A stretch of 62,165 nucleotides of DNA, filler included, from an uncultured virus (IMG/VR IMGVR_UViG_2049941000_000131) (lineage: Duplodnaviria > Heunggongvirae > Uroviricota > Caudoviricetes). It is 7 parts of one record of this genome, joined end to end, with 100 filler letters (N's around TTAATTAATTAA, not from the genome) between each part and the next. Parts side by side here need not be neighbours in the genome. Positions count along the whole stretch, not along the records: positions 21,146 to 50,398 come from IMGVR_UViG_2049941000_000131; 6 more parts are not named here. One strand, 5' to 3'. The position numbers and the translations under genes were made by a program. Under the pieces are notes generated by a model that searched no databases, had not been told where the DNA came from, and was given only the letters and a program-made list of their open reading frames with translations. Within the stretch, counting starts at the first letter, position 1. Every line of letters begins with the position of its first letter. This document shows positions 30,491 through 39,689 of this stretch, in pieces.

Positions 30491-30861
30491 AGTTTAATGC
30501 CGTCCGTACCTATTTCTTTTAGCATTTCTTTTAGTTGTCCGATAATCTCGAACGGATTCAAGTCAAGTTCCTCGGCTGTTGTGCCGTTCATAATTGCAAG
30601 AATGCTCGCTGTTTCGTTTTTGTATCGAGTACACATAATTCTTACAACTGCACCGTACCCAAACAGATTTCGGAGGTTTCCCCAGATGTGTGAAAAATCA
30701 AAGTCTTCTTTAATATCTCTTTGCGCGGCTTCTTTGCTTCTTTCGAACTCCGACAACAGAATATCTCTTATTTCATTGTCCGAAAAAATCTTTTCTGCGT
30801 ACTCTTCGATTTCTGCGATAAAATCAAAAGAGGACATTCCCTTAATGTCTGAAATTTGCAT
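30379..30861 (-). CDS. Tail assembly chaperone (short form)
   Basis: Between major tail and TMP; contains slippery site. Confidence 0.75.
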   Translation of the reverse strand: MQISDIKGMSSFDFIAEIEEYAEKIFSDNEIRDILLSEFERSKEAAQRDIKEDFDFSHIWGNLRNLFGYGAVVRIMCTRYKNETASILAIMNGTTAEELDLNPFEIIGQLKEMLKEIGTDGIKLFFFSAQKTEDKSSGSATENTEETILELSYDITKADT

Positions 30862-30864
30862 TGA

Positions 30865-31572
30865 TTAATCCTCCGTTTCGATAACCATATACTCAACAGG
30901 GACAACGTCCTGAGCAGTAATTGACGAGTGTCCGGTAATTGTAAGTGATGTTTGTCCTTTGCTGTTTTTAGAAGACTGGAAACTAAATCCGCCTGTCGAC
31001 AGAGCGTTCAAAATTTTTACAACAGCTAAACTGCCATTCGGGAGATCGCCAACCCACCAAATAGACTTAAAATCCGACTGTTTAAGACTTCTTCTCGGTG
31101 CGATTTTGCCTGCTGATGTCAACTCGTAATAATTGCTTGTTGAAGGATTACCTGTTGGAGATGATACCGCTGTGTAAACGTAATTTGGAGATGTACCGCT
31201 CCTTGTATAGTATGTCTTTCCGCTTTGTATCGTTGTATCGGAAGACACTGCATAAGTTGCGCCGCTTGATTCGGCTGCACCCAACGAGAATTGCACGAAA
31301 TCAGGTGACATATTGAGTGCCGTTGTACTTAGTGATACCGCCCAACCGTCAAGATGTTTCAATTCCTTCGTATTTTCGAGGCAGTTGTCAACATCAGAAC
31401 CCATATCGCTGTATGTCGGAGTAACATCAATTTTAATGCCGCCTGTTGTTGCTGTGATGATGTCGCTGTCATTAATTGTTGGGTTTTCAGGAACAAAGTT
31501 GTAGAGCAATGCGCCTGCATCTAATTCAAGATTCTCAAATGTGTTCTGAGGAATCACTGTTGCTCTTCCCAT
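30865..31572 (-). CDS. Major tail protein
   Basis: LELDAG.L, AT.GG, WWVGD, I.NALS.GG; position. Confidence 0.8.
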   Translation of the reverse strand: MGRATVIPQNTFENLELDAGALLYNFVPENPTINDSDIITATTGGIKIDVTPTYSDMGSDVDNCLENTKELKHLDGWAVSLSTTALNMSPDFVQFSLGAAESSGATYAVSSDTTIQSGKTYYTRSGTSPNYVYTAVSSPTGNPSTSNYYELTSAGKIAPRRSLKQSDFKSIWWVGDLPNGSLAVVKILNALSTGGFSFQSSKNSKGQTSLTITGHSSITAQDVVPVEYMVIETED

Positions 31573-31588
31573 GAATAAACACTTCCTT

Positions 31589-31954
31589 TCATTGTGTTAA
31601 AAATTCACCATAAATAGTAATATATTTTGCTTTTACATTGTCAACTCCACTTGATTGGTCTTGCGCGAAAATACCGTTTTTAAAAATCCACAAATAGCCG
31701 CCGTCAATTTTGATTAAAACGGGATTATGTTCGACAATGTAGTTATAAATTTCCTCTGTTTTTCTGCTTAAATCAGCCAGCGACGTGCTTTTATACCATA
31801 TAGACGCACTAAGTGGTATTAAGTCATCAAGCGAGCCGATAGCGGTTTCATAGGTGATGTATGGAAAAGCAGCGTCATCGGGAACGGAATAGCGGTTGTA
31901 AGCTGGAACCCCAAAAGAACTCCAAAAACTGTGAATAGATTGAAATTTATCCAA
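31589..31954 (-). CDS. Tail terminator protein
   Basis: VP..A.FPYITY; position before major tail. Confidence 0.7.
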   Translation of the reverse strand: MDKFQSIHSFWSSFGVPAYNRYSVPDDAAFPYITYETAIGSLDDLIPLSASIWYKSTSLADLSRKTEEIYNYIVEHNPVLIKIDGGYLWIFKNGIFAQDQSSGVDNVKAKYITIYGEFLTQ

Positions 31955-32288
31955 GAGCTCCTGCCTCCTCCCATGCTTTATAAATCTTCTCACCCTGAAT
32001 AGCTATCCAGTCTACCATTTCTTCATTGCAAGCCCAAGCATTTTCAGAATAAGAAGAATTTTGAGCTAAGCCGCTTTCGTACAAAAAAGCGTGTACAATT
32101 TCGTGACGCAGCACTTTTCTGAAATACGTTTTATAATCGTGAATATTTCCGTTTTCCTCATTGCACACAACGATTAATTTTGAATAAAAGTCACAATATC
32201 CGTCAACTTTTTCAAGTCGTTCATCATCTTTTGAAGTAAGATATTGAATTTCATAGTCTGTACCTAAAATATTAACCTTATCCACCAT
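31947..32288 (-). CDS. HExxH (zincin-like) phage protein
   Basis: RHEIVHAFL.ESG...NEE.VDW. Confidence 0.75.
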   Translation of the reverse strand: MVDKVNILGTDYEIQYLTSKDDERLEKVDGYCDFYSKLIVVCNEENGNIHDYKTYFRKVLRHEIVHAFLYESGLAQNSSYSENAWACNEEMVDWIAIQGEKIYKAWEEAGALG

Positions 32289-32649
32289 TAACATCTCCAG
32301 TGATTGTGTAATCCTCGGCGGTAAACAAAGCCATATCAATTTTTGCGGATCCAGGGACTTTTTTTCTTTCAGAAGTCACTCGGAAGGTTCGTCCGTCACT
32401 CTTTCTTCTGAACACTGTCAAAGGCGCTAAGTTGATATTTTTCCTTGTAGTCACCGTGTAAACACTTGTCACACCGAGCTTTTCGCCAATCCTTGTTTGA
32501 ATAGTGGTGTCTTCTTGCAAATCCGCCTTAAAAGGCGCGCCCTGCGTCCAAGCTGTAACCGGGCTCCCGTAACTGTCTATTACAGAAATTTTATCCATAA
32601 TATTAAAAGTGTCGCCGCCGTCTATATATTCGCTTAATAAATCGTTCAT
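32278..32649 (-). CDS. Head-closure/stopper protein
   Basis: D.YG....W, DG.TFRVT; position. Confidence 0.65.
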   Translation of the reverse strand: MNDLLSEYIDGGDTFNIMDKISVIDSYGSPVTAWTQGAPFKADLQEDTTIQTRIGEKLGVTSVYTVTTRKNINLAPLTVFRRKSDGRTFRVTSERKKVPGSAKIDMALFTAEDYTITGDVNGG

Positions 32650-33083
32650 AGCTTTCTAAACCTGCTCAACTCCTTTCTAAAAACACCTTGCCATGTTTGC
32701 TGTACTATCTCACCTTTAGAATTTGTGGCGATATGCTGAGATCTACTGTAATGATGAAACGTTTCGCTTGTATATGGGCTATAGTTAGCCGCGCTGTTCC
32801 CGTATTGTGCGTCCCACTCCTGGATTTTTTCAAAAAGAGCAATAGCCGCAGGAGGAACAGCCATTGCCCAAATAGCACCCTCGAATGTTTCGTCTGTCAA
32901 ATCACTCACAGGGTACTGGTGAACTCCGTCATTAAAAACACTGCCCACAATGCGTAAATACTGATTGTTGCGCAGATATCCGTTAGGAACGATTATTTCT
33001 CCGTTAGATATTGTGAACGTGCCAAAAATCCTATCGACATCAAACCAGTTGTGTAATTCTTCGCAAAAATCAGTAATCGTCAC
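32646..33083 (-). CDS. Head-tail adaptor protein
   Basis: GSVFNDGV, SPY.SE.F..YS; follows capsid. Confidence 0.65.
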   Translation of the reverse strand: MTITDFCEELHNWFDVDRIFGTFTISNGEIIVPNGYLRNNQYLRIVGSVFNDGVHQYPVSDLTDETFEGAIWAMAVPPAAIALFEKIQEWDAQYGNSAANYSPYTSETFHHYSRSQHIATNSKGEIVQQTWQGVFRKELSRFRKL

Positions 33084-33099
33084 TGTAGATCCTCCTTTA

Positions 33100-34272
33100 T
33101 TATGCGTGTGCTGTTACAGTTGCGCTGCCTGCTGCCTGAGCTCTATTATTAGCGTCAACGGACGCAATTGTAATTTTCTTACCTGTCGCTGCTGTAATGT
33201 CGCTTGTGCCATCCCACGTTTTCCAGCCTGTTGTCAGTTTCTGACCGTATTTAACGGTTGGAGCTGTTGTATCGGCTATTTTATATTTGTACGTTTCGTC
33301 TGCGGGCTGAGAATAACCGCTCACGGTGATCGCTGTATCTCCGCTTGCTGTGCCTGCCGAGGAAGAAACGCTAATCGTACCAAGTGTAGGTGTGCTGTCA
33401 ATTTCTGCAACAACAACACCGGCAGCCATTTCAACAAGAAACTGAATGCCCGAGGCTGCTATTCTTTCAACGACAAGACGGTTTGTGGTAGTGTCGGTAG
33501 TCGTGCCGATATAGCCTGTCTCGTCTGTCGTCAAATTAAACTCGTTTGCCATCTCGCCGTTCATCGGGATGTAATACATAATGATGTTTTCTTTTGCTGT
33601 CGAGTAAATTTCGTTGTACGGAATCAAGCTTGACAAAATCACCGTACCCATACCAAGAAAATCCTCAACATACCTCAATCCGAACGCTGTCTGAGTGGTT
33701 ATTGTTGCAGACTCGAGATAAGGGACGATTGTTAACGGATTAATAAAATGAACGACCTGTACAGTGTCGTTTTCAAACAATACCTGCAACTGCCCCCAAG
33801 TTTTAGCTAAAGCACCTTGAAGTCCTGTCGCCGCAACAACGGTCGTGTCAAAAGAAGTCAAGTGTTCAATAAAGCTTGCGCGAATGCCCTTTTGAACGTC
33901 CTCAAGCATTTTCTTGTCAATCTCAACAATAGCCTCAGCTCTGCCGCTCTTCTGGATAGCCTCCGCCGATTTCTGATTTCGCCACTTTTTCAGCGTGATT
34001 TCGCCGATTTTCGTTTTGTTGCGCTGATACTGTGACAGTGGGATAAGTTCGCCTTCTCCGACTGTGCCGTCCTGCAACGTTCCGGTTGTTGTATATAGAT
34101 ACAGTTCTGTTCCTGCCGCCTGTGGTATTTTCCTTGTGACACCAAGCATTTCAATAAATTTCCGCAAATTGAAGCTTGAAAAACGCTGAACAAAGTCAAC
34201 CTCTCGCGCTTTAACCATCTGCTGTGTGGTTATGATATTAGTTTCTGCTGCCGTTGTAATGTTTGTAGGCAT
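33100..34272 (-). CDS. Major capsid protein with C-terminal Ig-like extension
   Basis: V.EGE.IPLS, KWR....AEAIQ..G; C-terminal AG...GDT.ITV...W..WDG.SDI.A..G..I. Confidence 0.85.
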   Translation of the reverse strand: MPTNITTAAETNIITTQQMVKAREVDFVQRFSSFNLRKFIEMLGVTRKIPQAAGTELYLYTTTGTLQDGTVGEGELIPLSQYQRNKTKIGEITLKKWRNQKSAEAIQKSGRAEAIVEIDKKMLEDVQKGIRASFIEHLTSFDTTVVAATGLQGALAKTWGQLQVLFENDTVQVVHFINPLTIVPYLESATITTQTAFGLRYVEDFLGMGTVILSSLIPYNEIYSTAKENIIMYYIPMNGEMANEFNLTTDETGYIGTTTDTTTNRLVVERIAASGIQFLVEMAAGVVVAEIDSTPTLGTISVSSSAGTASGDTAITVSGYSQPADETYKYKIADTTAPTVKYGQKLTTGWKTWDGTSDITAATGKKITIASVDANNRAQAAGSATVTAHA

Positions 34273-34283
34273 TTTTTTCACCT

Positions 34284-34883
34284 CTAAAAATTAAACAGTT
34301 CGTGATTTTCTGCGATTGCCTTCTGACGTTCGTAATCGTCTGAAATCGCAAAAATCTGCTCTTTTGTCATTTTGCCGCTGCCTGTGTTTGCTGGCGGGTT
34401 TGCTGTGGTTGCGCCTTTGATTTTTGTTGTTGCGACTAATCCTGCGAAATCGCCCTTGACAAGTTCATCCAGTGCTGCTTTATCCTTGATTTTTTCACCG
34501 TCAAGCTCAATTCCGTCAAGTTCAGATTTGCAACCACGCATAGCAATAGCAAGGTTTTTACCTGTTATGCCTTTGCTCTCAAAATACGCTTTTACAGCTT
34601 TTTCTTTTGCTGCCTTTGTTTCTTTTGCAGAAACTTCCGATTTATAGTTTTCAAAGTCACTGTGTTCTTTTTCGTACTTAGATTTAAAATCTTCCGCTCC
34701 CGCTATTCCTGCTTTCAGGTCATTGAGTTCTTTTTCAACTTCATCGAATTTGTCTGCTTTTACTTTAGCAGTTTTCAGTTCGTCTTTAATGCCTGAAATC
34801 GTCTCTGTGTGTGCCTCAACAATAGAATTAATCTGTTCCTCGTTTAATCCTAATGCCTTTAAAAAATTTCTTGTCAGTGCCAT
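34284..34883 (-). CDS. Capsid scaffolding protein
   Basis: L.R.FL..LGL.EEQI..I...H; coiled coil; MTKEQI..I.D..ERQ.AI.EN..LF. Confidence 0.8.
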   Translation of the reverse strand: MALTRNFLKALGLNEEQINSIVEAHTETISGIKDELKTAKVKADKFDEVEKELNDLKAGIAGAEDFKSKYEKEHSDFENYKSEVSAKETKAAKEKAVKAYFESKGITGKNLAIAMRGCKSELDGIELDGEKIKDKAALDELVKGDFAGLVATTKIKGATTANPPANTGSGKMTKEQIFAISDDYERQKAIAENHELFNF

Positions 34884-34959
34884 TTCCTTTAGTCACTCCT
34901 TGATTTAATTTCTTTAAAATCAATTTATAATCAACCCAAAAATCGGGAGATTTCCTATG

Positions 34960-36264
34960 TTATTCTTCTTTTAAAGTATTTTCGAGTATTTGCTTATATT
35001 CGTCCAAATGGTCAACGATTGCAGGCTTTATGTAAGGATGTGCAGGAACGTGTTTGCCGCTCCCTGCTTGAATATGCCCCATTTCAACATCAATTTGTTA
35101 TCATAAGGGCTTTTTATCCCTTATTTCTTACAGTTTCCTATCCTGTAAGGTCGGCGTACATCATCACCTTTTTTAGGTGTCGAGCACTCTTGGAGGGATT
35201 ATTGCTCCCTTAACGCTCACCCTCTACGCTCTACGGTGGCGGTTGGTCTTACCGCTTACCTCGGTATTAGCCTTTATTAAATAATTCATCAATCCCTATA
35301 AAACCGTTCCTGCTGTATCTTGCATAAATAGTTTTATAATCGAGTTCAAAGATTTCACACCATTGCATTAATGTCTTTGTTGCATTGCCAATCGTTATAT
35401 TGATATTAGTATCACGATTGTTGCATTGCTCTTCATTATTGCTCCAACGGCAATTTTCGGGCGAATAATTTTTATTGTTGTCAATTCTGTCAATAGTCAA
35501 ATCTTCCGAATACCCGTTATTTATAGACCACTCATAAAAAGCTGAAAAATCATCTTTCCACTCTTCGCAAATTGTTATGCCTCTTCCGCCATACCTATGA
35601 TACCTTGCGTTATTCTTATTATAACATCGGGCTTTCATTCCTTGCCATATGTTATATATCCTCTTCCCGCTTTGTTTATGGCTGTGATGAGCGGTCAAAT
35701 TCACATTGTCTTGTTCTTTCTTCAAGCAACCACAAGATTTGATAGCCCCACACTGTAAGCTATCAGAACGGGCAATCTTTAAATTCCCACAATCGCATTG
35801 ACAAATCCAATAAGTTTTACGACTTTTTTTATCAGCCAAACCTATTACTGTTAATCTGCCGAATTTTTTACCTGTAAGGTCATTCACTCTGTTGATGTTT
35901 TTCATTTTTTCGTTTCTCCTTTATGTTCCAAATTCTATATATATTGTACCATATTCGGAGAATTTTTTCAAGCGGCTTTTACCGATTTTGTTCGATTTTT
36001 CGATATATATTTCTATATAAAGGCGCAAGTTTTTTACGCAGCATATTCAACGTTCGTCCCGACATAAACAGTATATTCGCCTTTTCCCACTGCGTGAGCG
36101 ATAGAATTTCTTAACAAGCCTGTATCAACAGGGCATTTCATTTTTGCATAGCTTTCGGCTTTTAAACCAATCATTTCAAGAGCTTGTAAAATCGATTCTT
36201 CGGTGTATTTTTCAATATCTTTATTGATATTAATAGATACCGCATTTGTTCCGAGAGTTCCCAT
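34960..36264 (-). CDS. HK97 gp10-like protein split by a group I intron (exons 36264..36036 and 35090..34960)
   Basis: CPVDTG.LRNSI...VGTNVEYAA-Y-VEMG...PAHPYIKPAI is restored by splicing. Confidence 0.88.
35091..36035 (-). mobile_element. Group I intron with homing endonuclease
   Basis: 5' exon ends in U, intron ends in G, P1 GCGU/GCGC with U.G pair, structured core 35091-35266, frame restored. Confidence 0.88.
35267..35905 (-). CDS. Intron-encoded HNH-type homing endonuclease
   Basis: DLTG.KFGRLTV, W.C.CDCG, SCGC, YGGRGI..C.EW, TIDRIDNN.NY.P.NCRW. Confidence 0.9.
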   Translation of the reverse strand: MKNINRVNDLTGKKFGRLTVIGLADKKSRKTYWICQCDCGNLKIARSDSLQCGAIKSCGCLKKEQDNVNLTAHHSHKQSGKRIYNIWQGMKARCYNKNNARYHRYGGRGITICEEWKDDFSAFYEWSINNGYSEDLTIDRIDNNKNYSPENCRWSNNEEQCNNRDTNINITIGNATKTLMQWCEIFELDYKTIYARYSRNGFIGIDELFNKG

Positions 36265-36268
36265 TTTA

Positions 36269-37321
36269 TCACCTCTTTCGCCGCTCCTTGCTCTTTTCGG
36301 ATTCTTTCCATTTGTCACGAGCCGCTTGTCGCACATCGGGGTCATCGGAGTGATAATCTTTCCAGTCTTGATACGTCATTTCTTCATCACCATCATAATC
36401 TCTTGATAGTCCGTTATGCCGTTGGCTAAGGTCTGTAACATCAATCCTTGGTGTGCCTTTAACTTGCGATATAAGAGTACAACGACAATTCCATACTTCT
36501 TCGGGTTCTCCGTTAGGGTCCCCTGGATAATAACAGCCGTTTGAAAACTCTTCCTCTGTTTCTCTTTCCTCGCCATCTAATCGTGCGTGTGAATCTCTAA
36601 CACGGCTGTCAGGGGTCGCAAGCCAAACTTTAAGGGTTTTTATTCCCATACTTTCAGCACGTCTGTAAGCGTTAATTCTGCCGCCATTCTGTGCAGATGT
36701 AGTCATTGTACGAGCGTTTCTTATCGCCGCAACTCGGTTCATATTGGTAACACGCTGTAAACGGTGTGCAATTTTATCAATGCTTTCGCCCTGTAAAACT
36801 CCCTGTGTTATAGCAGATTGTATTTTCTGCCTGTTCCAGCGTTCGTCTTTTGGAATGTCAATTCTTGCTTGCGGCAACAAATCGGGATTATCTCTGATTA
36901 GTCTTTCAACCGTTTCACGGCTGTAAAGTGTGTATGAAGTGTTTAACAGCGAGCCTCTCTCAATCTCAAACGTTCCGTAGTTGTGATTTATAGCGTAGAT
37001 TTGCGGCAACTCCCTATTAATCATTTCGGCGGCTATCTCGTTTGTGTGCGTTAAATCCTCAGCTAAGGTATCACGCATTTCTTTCCACCGCTCACCAATA
37101 AGAATTTGCCCTGTTCGCCAATAGTTATATTCATCTTGCGTTATTTCACCGTTTGCAAGCTGTTGACGTTTAATCTTATCTTTAACTGCAAATCTGCGAA
37201 AGTAATCGTTGCATTTTTCTTCAAGTTCTTCGGCGGCTTGTCTGTACTCTGCTGTTATACGCTGTTCTAAGTCTTGTAGTAGTCTTTCGGTTTCTTTGTG
37301 TGCTTCATCCATCGTTTGCAC
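36269..37321 (-). CDS. Minor head protein (SPP1 gp7 / Mu gpF-like)
   Basis: ART..T.A.N.G, K.WLAT.D.RVR.SH..LDG, PGDP.G...E..NCRC. Confidence 0.9.
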   Translation of the reverse strand: MQTMDEAHKETERLLQDLEQRITAEYRQAAEELEEKCNDYFRRFAVKDKIKRQQLANGEITQDEYNYWRTGQILIGERWKEMRDTLAEDLTHTNEIAAEMINRELPQIYAINHNYGTFEIERGSLLNTSYTLYSRETVERLIRDNPDLLPQARIDIPKDERWNRQKIQSAITQGVLQGESIDKIAHRLQRVTNMNRVAAIRNARTMTTSAQNGGRINAYRRAESMGIKTLKVWLATPDSRVRDSHARLDGEERETEEEFSNGCYYPGDPNGEPEEVWNCRCTLISQVKGTPRIDVTDLSQRHNGLSRDYDGDEEMTYQDWKDYHSDDPDVRQAARDKWKESEKSKERRKR

Positions 37322-37323
37322 CT

Positions 37324-37527
37324 CTAAGGGAGAGTAGAATGACTACCGTCTTTAAAAATGAATTCCACAACTTTTTCGTTACACTTATCACATAAATGTA
37401 TATCTTTGCAGTTTAGTCCGAACGCCACTAAGGAGTAATAACTAACTTTTAAAAATGGTAATTTCATAGCCTTTTCCGGGAAATCTATTATTTCTTTTCC
37501 ACATCTGTCACAAAATTCTTTTATCAT
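37324..37527 (-). CDS. Small zinc-finger protein
   Basis: CDRCG...LCDKC. Confidence 0.6.
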   Translation of the reverse strand: MIKEFCDRCGKEIIDFPEKAMKLPFLKVSYYSLVAFGLNCKDIHLCDKCNEKVVEFIFKDGSHSTLP

Positions 37528-38942
37528 TTCTTTTCAACCTTGCCTTTATTTTCTGTACCTTGTAACAGCTCGCTTTCATTATCAGGTATAGTTTTACCCT
37601 TATACCCTGTTGCAAGCCTTGAAAGGCTGTCTGCGTTCATTTTCTTTAGCATTTCTGCCGCTTTGTCACCGTCACCGAGAATTGTTAAAATTTTTTCTGT
37701 AACATAATCGGGGTCAAGATATTCAGCCGCTTGCAGAACTGTTTGTACATCCTCGTTGACATTAATTAGCATTGACCGTGTAAACGTTGGTTCGTCTTCA
37801 ACCCCTGCAACTGCTAAAATACCTTGAATAAATTCAATTACGCAATATTCAAAATCATCACACTTAATATTCAACGGTTCGTAAGCTGCTTTTATTTCCG
37901 TAGCTGTTGCCGCTCCGCTTGAAATTGTTTCAACATCAAGAGCCATTGCATCACGGTATAAATCTTTTTCAAGCCGTTTCAAAAGCGTTTCACGAGCGTC
38001 AAAAGGCGGCTGAATGCTGTTAGGTTGTACTGTCACGGCGTCATCGGTAACAACTGCGTGCAGTTCACGGACACGTTTCAAAAACTCAGCTAAATCAATA
38101 TCGTCCATGCCGCCAGCGTTTTGCAACGTCCAGTAAATAAAACTTGCTTCGTCAATCGTGTTAGCAAATCCCGATTTTACCAAATCAAAGCAATCAATCT
38201 GACTGCGAATATCATCTAAATCCGATTGATGTCGAGAATTTCCCCACATCGGAACAATGGGGAATGTTGGATAATTTTCGCCGTCATAAATCTCAACACC
38301 GCTTGCAATAGATGTACGAACTTTGAATTTATATGGTCTTTTCGGTTCTCTGACTTCGCCTGTGCCGTCTTTCCAAATAAACTCGGTATATCCGTCAATT
38401 TCGTATAATGTCGCTCTCAACGGCTTATTGGGAGCAATTTGCCAAAATCTTATCCCTGCTTTCATTGCTCCGTCTTCTTCATCGTAGAGCGGCACAAATT
38501 CAAGCAGTGTGAACATTTCAACGTGGTCAAGATTGAAAAAACCAAAAGCTTGACTATGCAAGGAAGCTTGTGTTGCTATTTTTTGTATTTGCGTATCAAA
38601 TGGATATTTCTTATTACCTAATTTGTCGCTTGTATCGCTTTTGCTCCAGCCGACACCGTTACCGTTTAAGAACTGTACTTTTTGAGTTACAAATCTATGT
38701 AGAAAATTTGACGGCATTTTATAATTGGCACTCCAAATATCGGGGATTTTTTCGCCTGTTGCTTTGTAAAGCCATTTTTGAAAACGTGTTATAGTGGTGT
38801 TTCTGCCCTCGTCATACTCTTTCCCGTCACGGGCTTTTGAATACAAATCGCTTGATTTATGTTGATTTATCGCCTGCAACACAAAGTCTATTCTGTTTTT
38901 CTCGTTATCGCCAACAGCGATTAAATCTTGATATGTGTACAT
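37524..38942 (-). CDS. Portal protein (SPP1 gp6-like)
   Basis: Size, position, PIVP..N....SDL....ID..D...S..AN. Confidence 0.85.
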   Translation of the reverse strand: MYTYQDLIAVGDNEKNRIDFVLQAINQHKSSDLYSKARDGKEYDEGRNTTITRFQKWLYKATGEKIPDIWSANYKMPSNFLHRFVTQKVQFLNGNGVGWSKSDTSDKLGNKKYPFDTQIQKIATQASLHSQAFGFFNLDHVEMFTLLEFVPLYDEEDGAMKAGIRFWQIAPNKPLRATLYEIDGYTEFIWKDGTGEVREPKRPYKFKVRTSIASGVEIYDGENYPTFPIVPMWGNSRHQSDLDDIRSQIDCFDLVKSGFANTIDEASFIYWTLQNAGGMDDIDLAEFLKRVRELHAVVTDDAVTVQPNSIQPPFDARETLLKRLEKDLYRDAMALDVETISSGAATATEIKAAYEPLNIKCDDFEYCVIEFIQGILAVAGVEDEPTFTRSMLINVNEDVQTVLQAAEYLDPDYVTEKILTILGDGDKAAEMLKKMNADSLSRLATGYKGKTIPDNESELLQGTENKGKVEKK

Positions 38943-39670
38943 TATGTATCACCTAAAATTCTCCATTTTGCAATCTCAAAATAATGTTCGTCAAGTTCAA
39001 AACCTATGAAATTACGGTTTGTATTTACACACGCAACGCCTGTACTTCCACTTCCCATGCAGTTATCAAGCACCGTTTCGCCCTCATTGGTGTATGTCTT
39101 TATGAGATATTCCAACAAATCAACAGGCTTTTGTGTCGGGTGTATGGGCTTATCTTTGGAACAGTTGCATTGTGCAAATTTTATCACATCAACAGGATAA
39201 CGGCTTCCGTCCTCACAAATTGTTTCACACAAATCCTGTTTTCCATAATTTGTACTTGTCTTATTATGTGCTGCACGATAACATTTATGACCGAATGTTT
39301 TTTGCGGATTATAAGTCGGGAGTTTATCATAAAAAATCAAGATGTTTTCGTGTGCTTTCAACGGCATTTTGTGAGAATTTAAATGCCCTGTCCCTTGTGC
39401 TTTCTGCCATATCCATTCATACCTAAACCATTTTCGATTTGATACAATCAAGTCAACGCAAAACGGCATTTGCGAAAACAGTACAATAGCTGCATTTGCT
39501 TTTATAATCCGTTTGTACTGTTCCCATAGTGCCTGCAAGTCTATTTTTTTATCCCATTTATTATTTGTTGTTCCATACGGCAAATCACATAAAATCATAT
39601 CAATTGAATTATCGGGAATATCTTTCATTAATTCTAAACAGTCGCCTTGCATTAATTTTGTGTTCGCCAT
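38942..39670 (-). CDS. N4/N6 DNA methyltransferase (beta class)
   Basis: GDCLE, DLPY, HPTQKP, LDNCMGSGSTG. Confidence 0.92.
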   Translation of the reverse strand: MANTKLMQGDCLELMKDIPDNSIDMILCDLPYGTTNNKWDKKIDLQALWEQYKRIIKANAAIVLFSQMPFCVDLIVSNRKWFRYEWIWQKAQGTGHLNSHKMPLKAHENILIFYDKLPTYNPQKTFGHKCYRAAHNKTSTNYGKQDLCETICEDGSRYPVDVIKFAQCNCSKDKPIHPTQKPVDLLEYLIKTYTNEGETVLDNCMGSGSTGVACVNTNRNFIGFELDEHYFEIAKWRILGDT

Positions 39671-39689
39671 ACAATTACCTCGCCGCTTC

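Noticed and set aside
32965..33633. Plus-strand Cys-rich ORFs antisense to structural genes (also 8221..8820, 41602..42222)
   Set aside because: Shadow frames of well-supported minus-strand genes, without RBS or motifs
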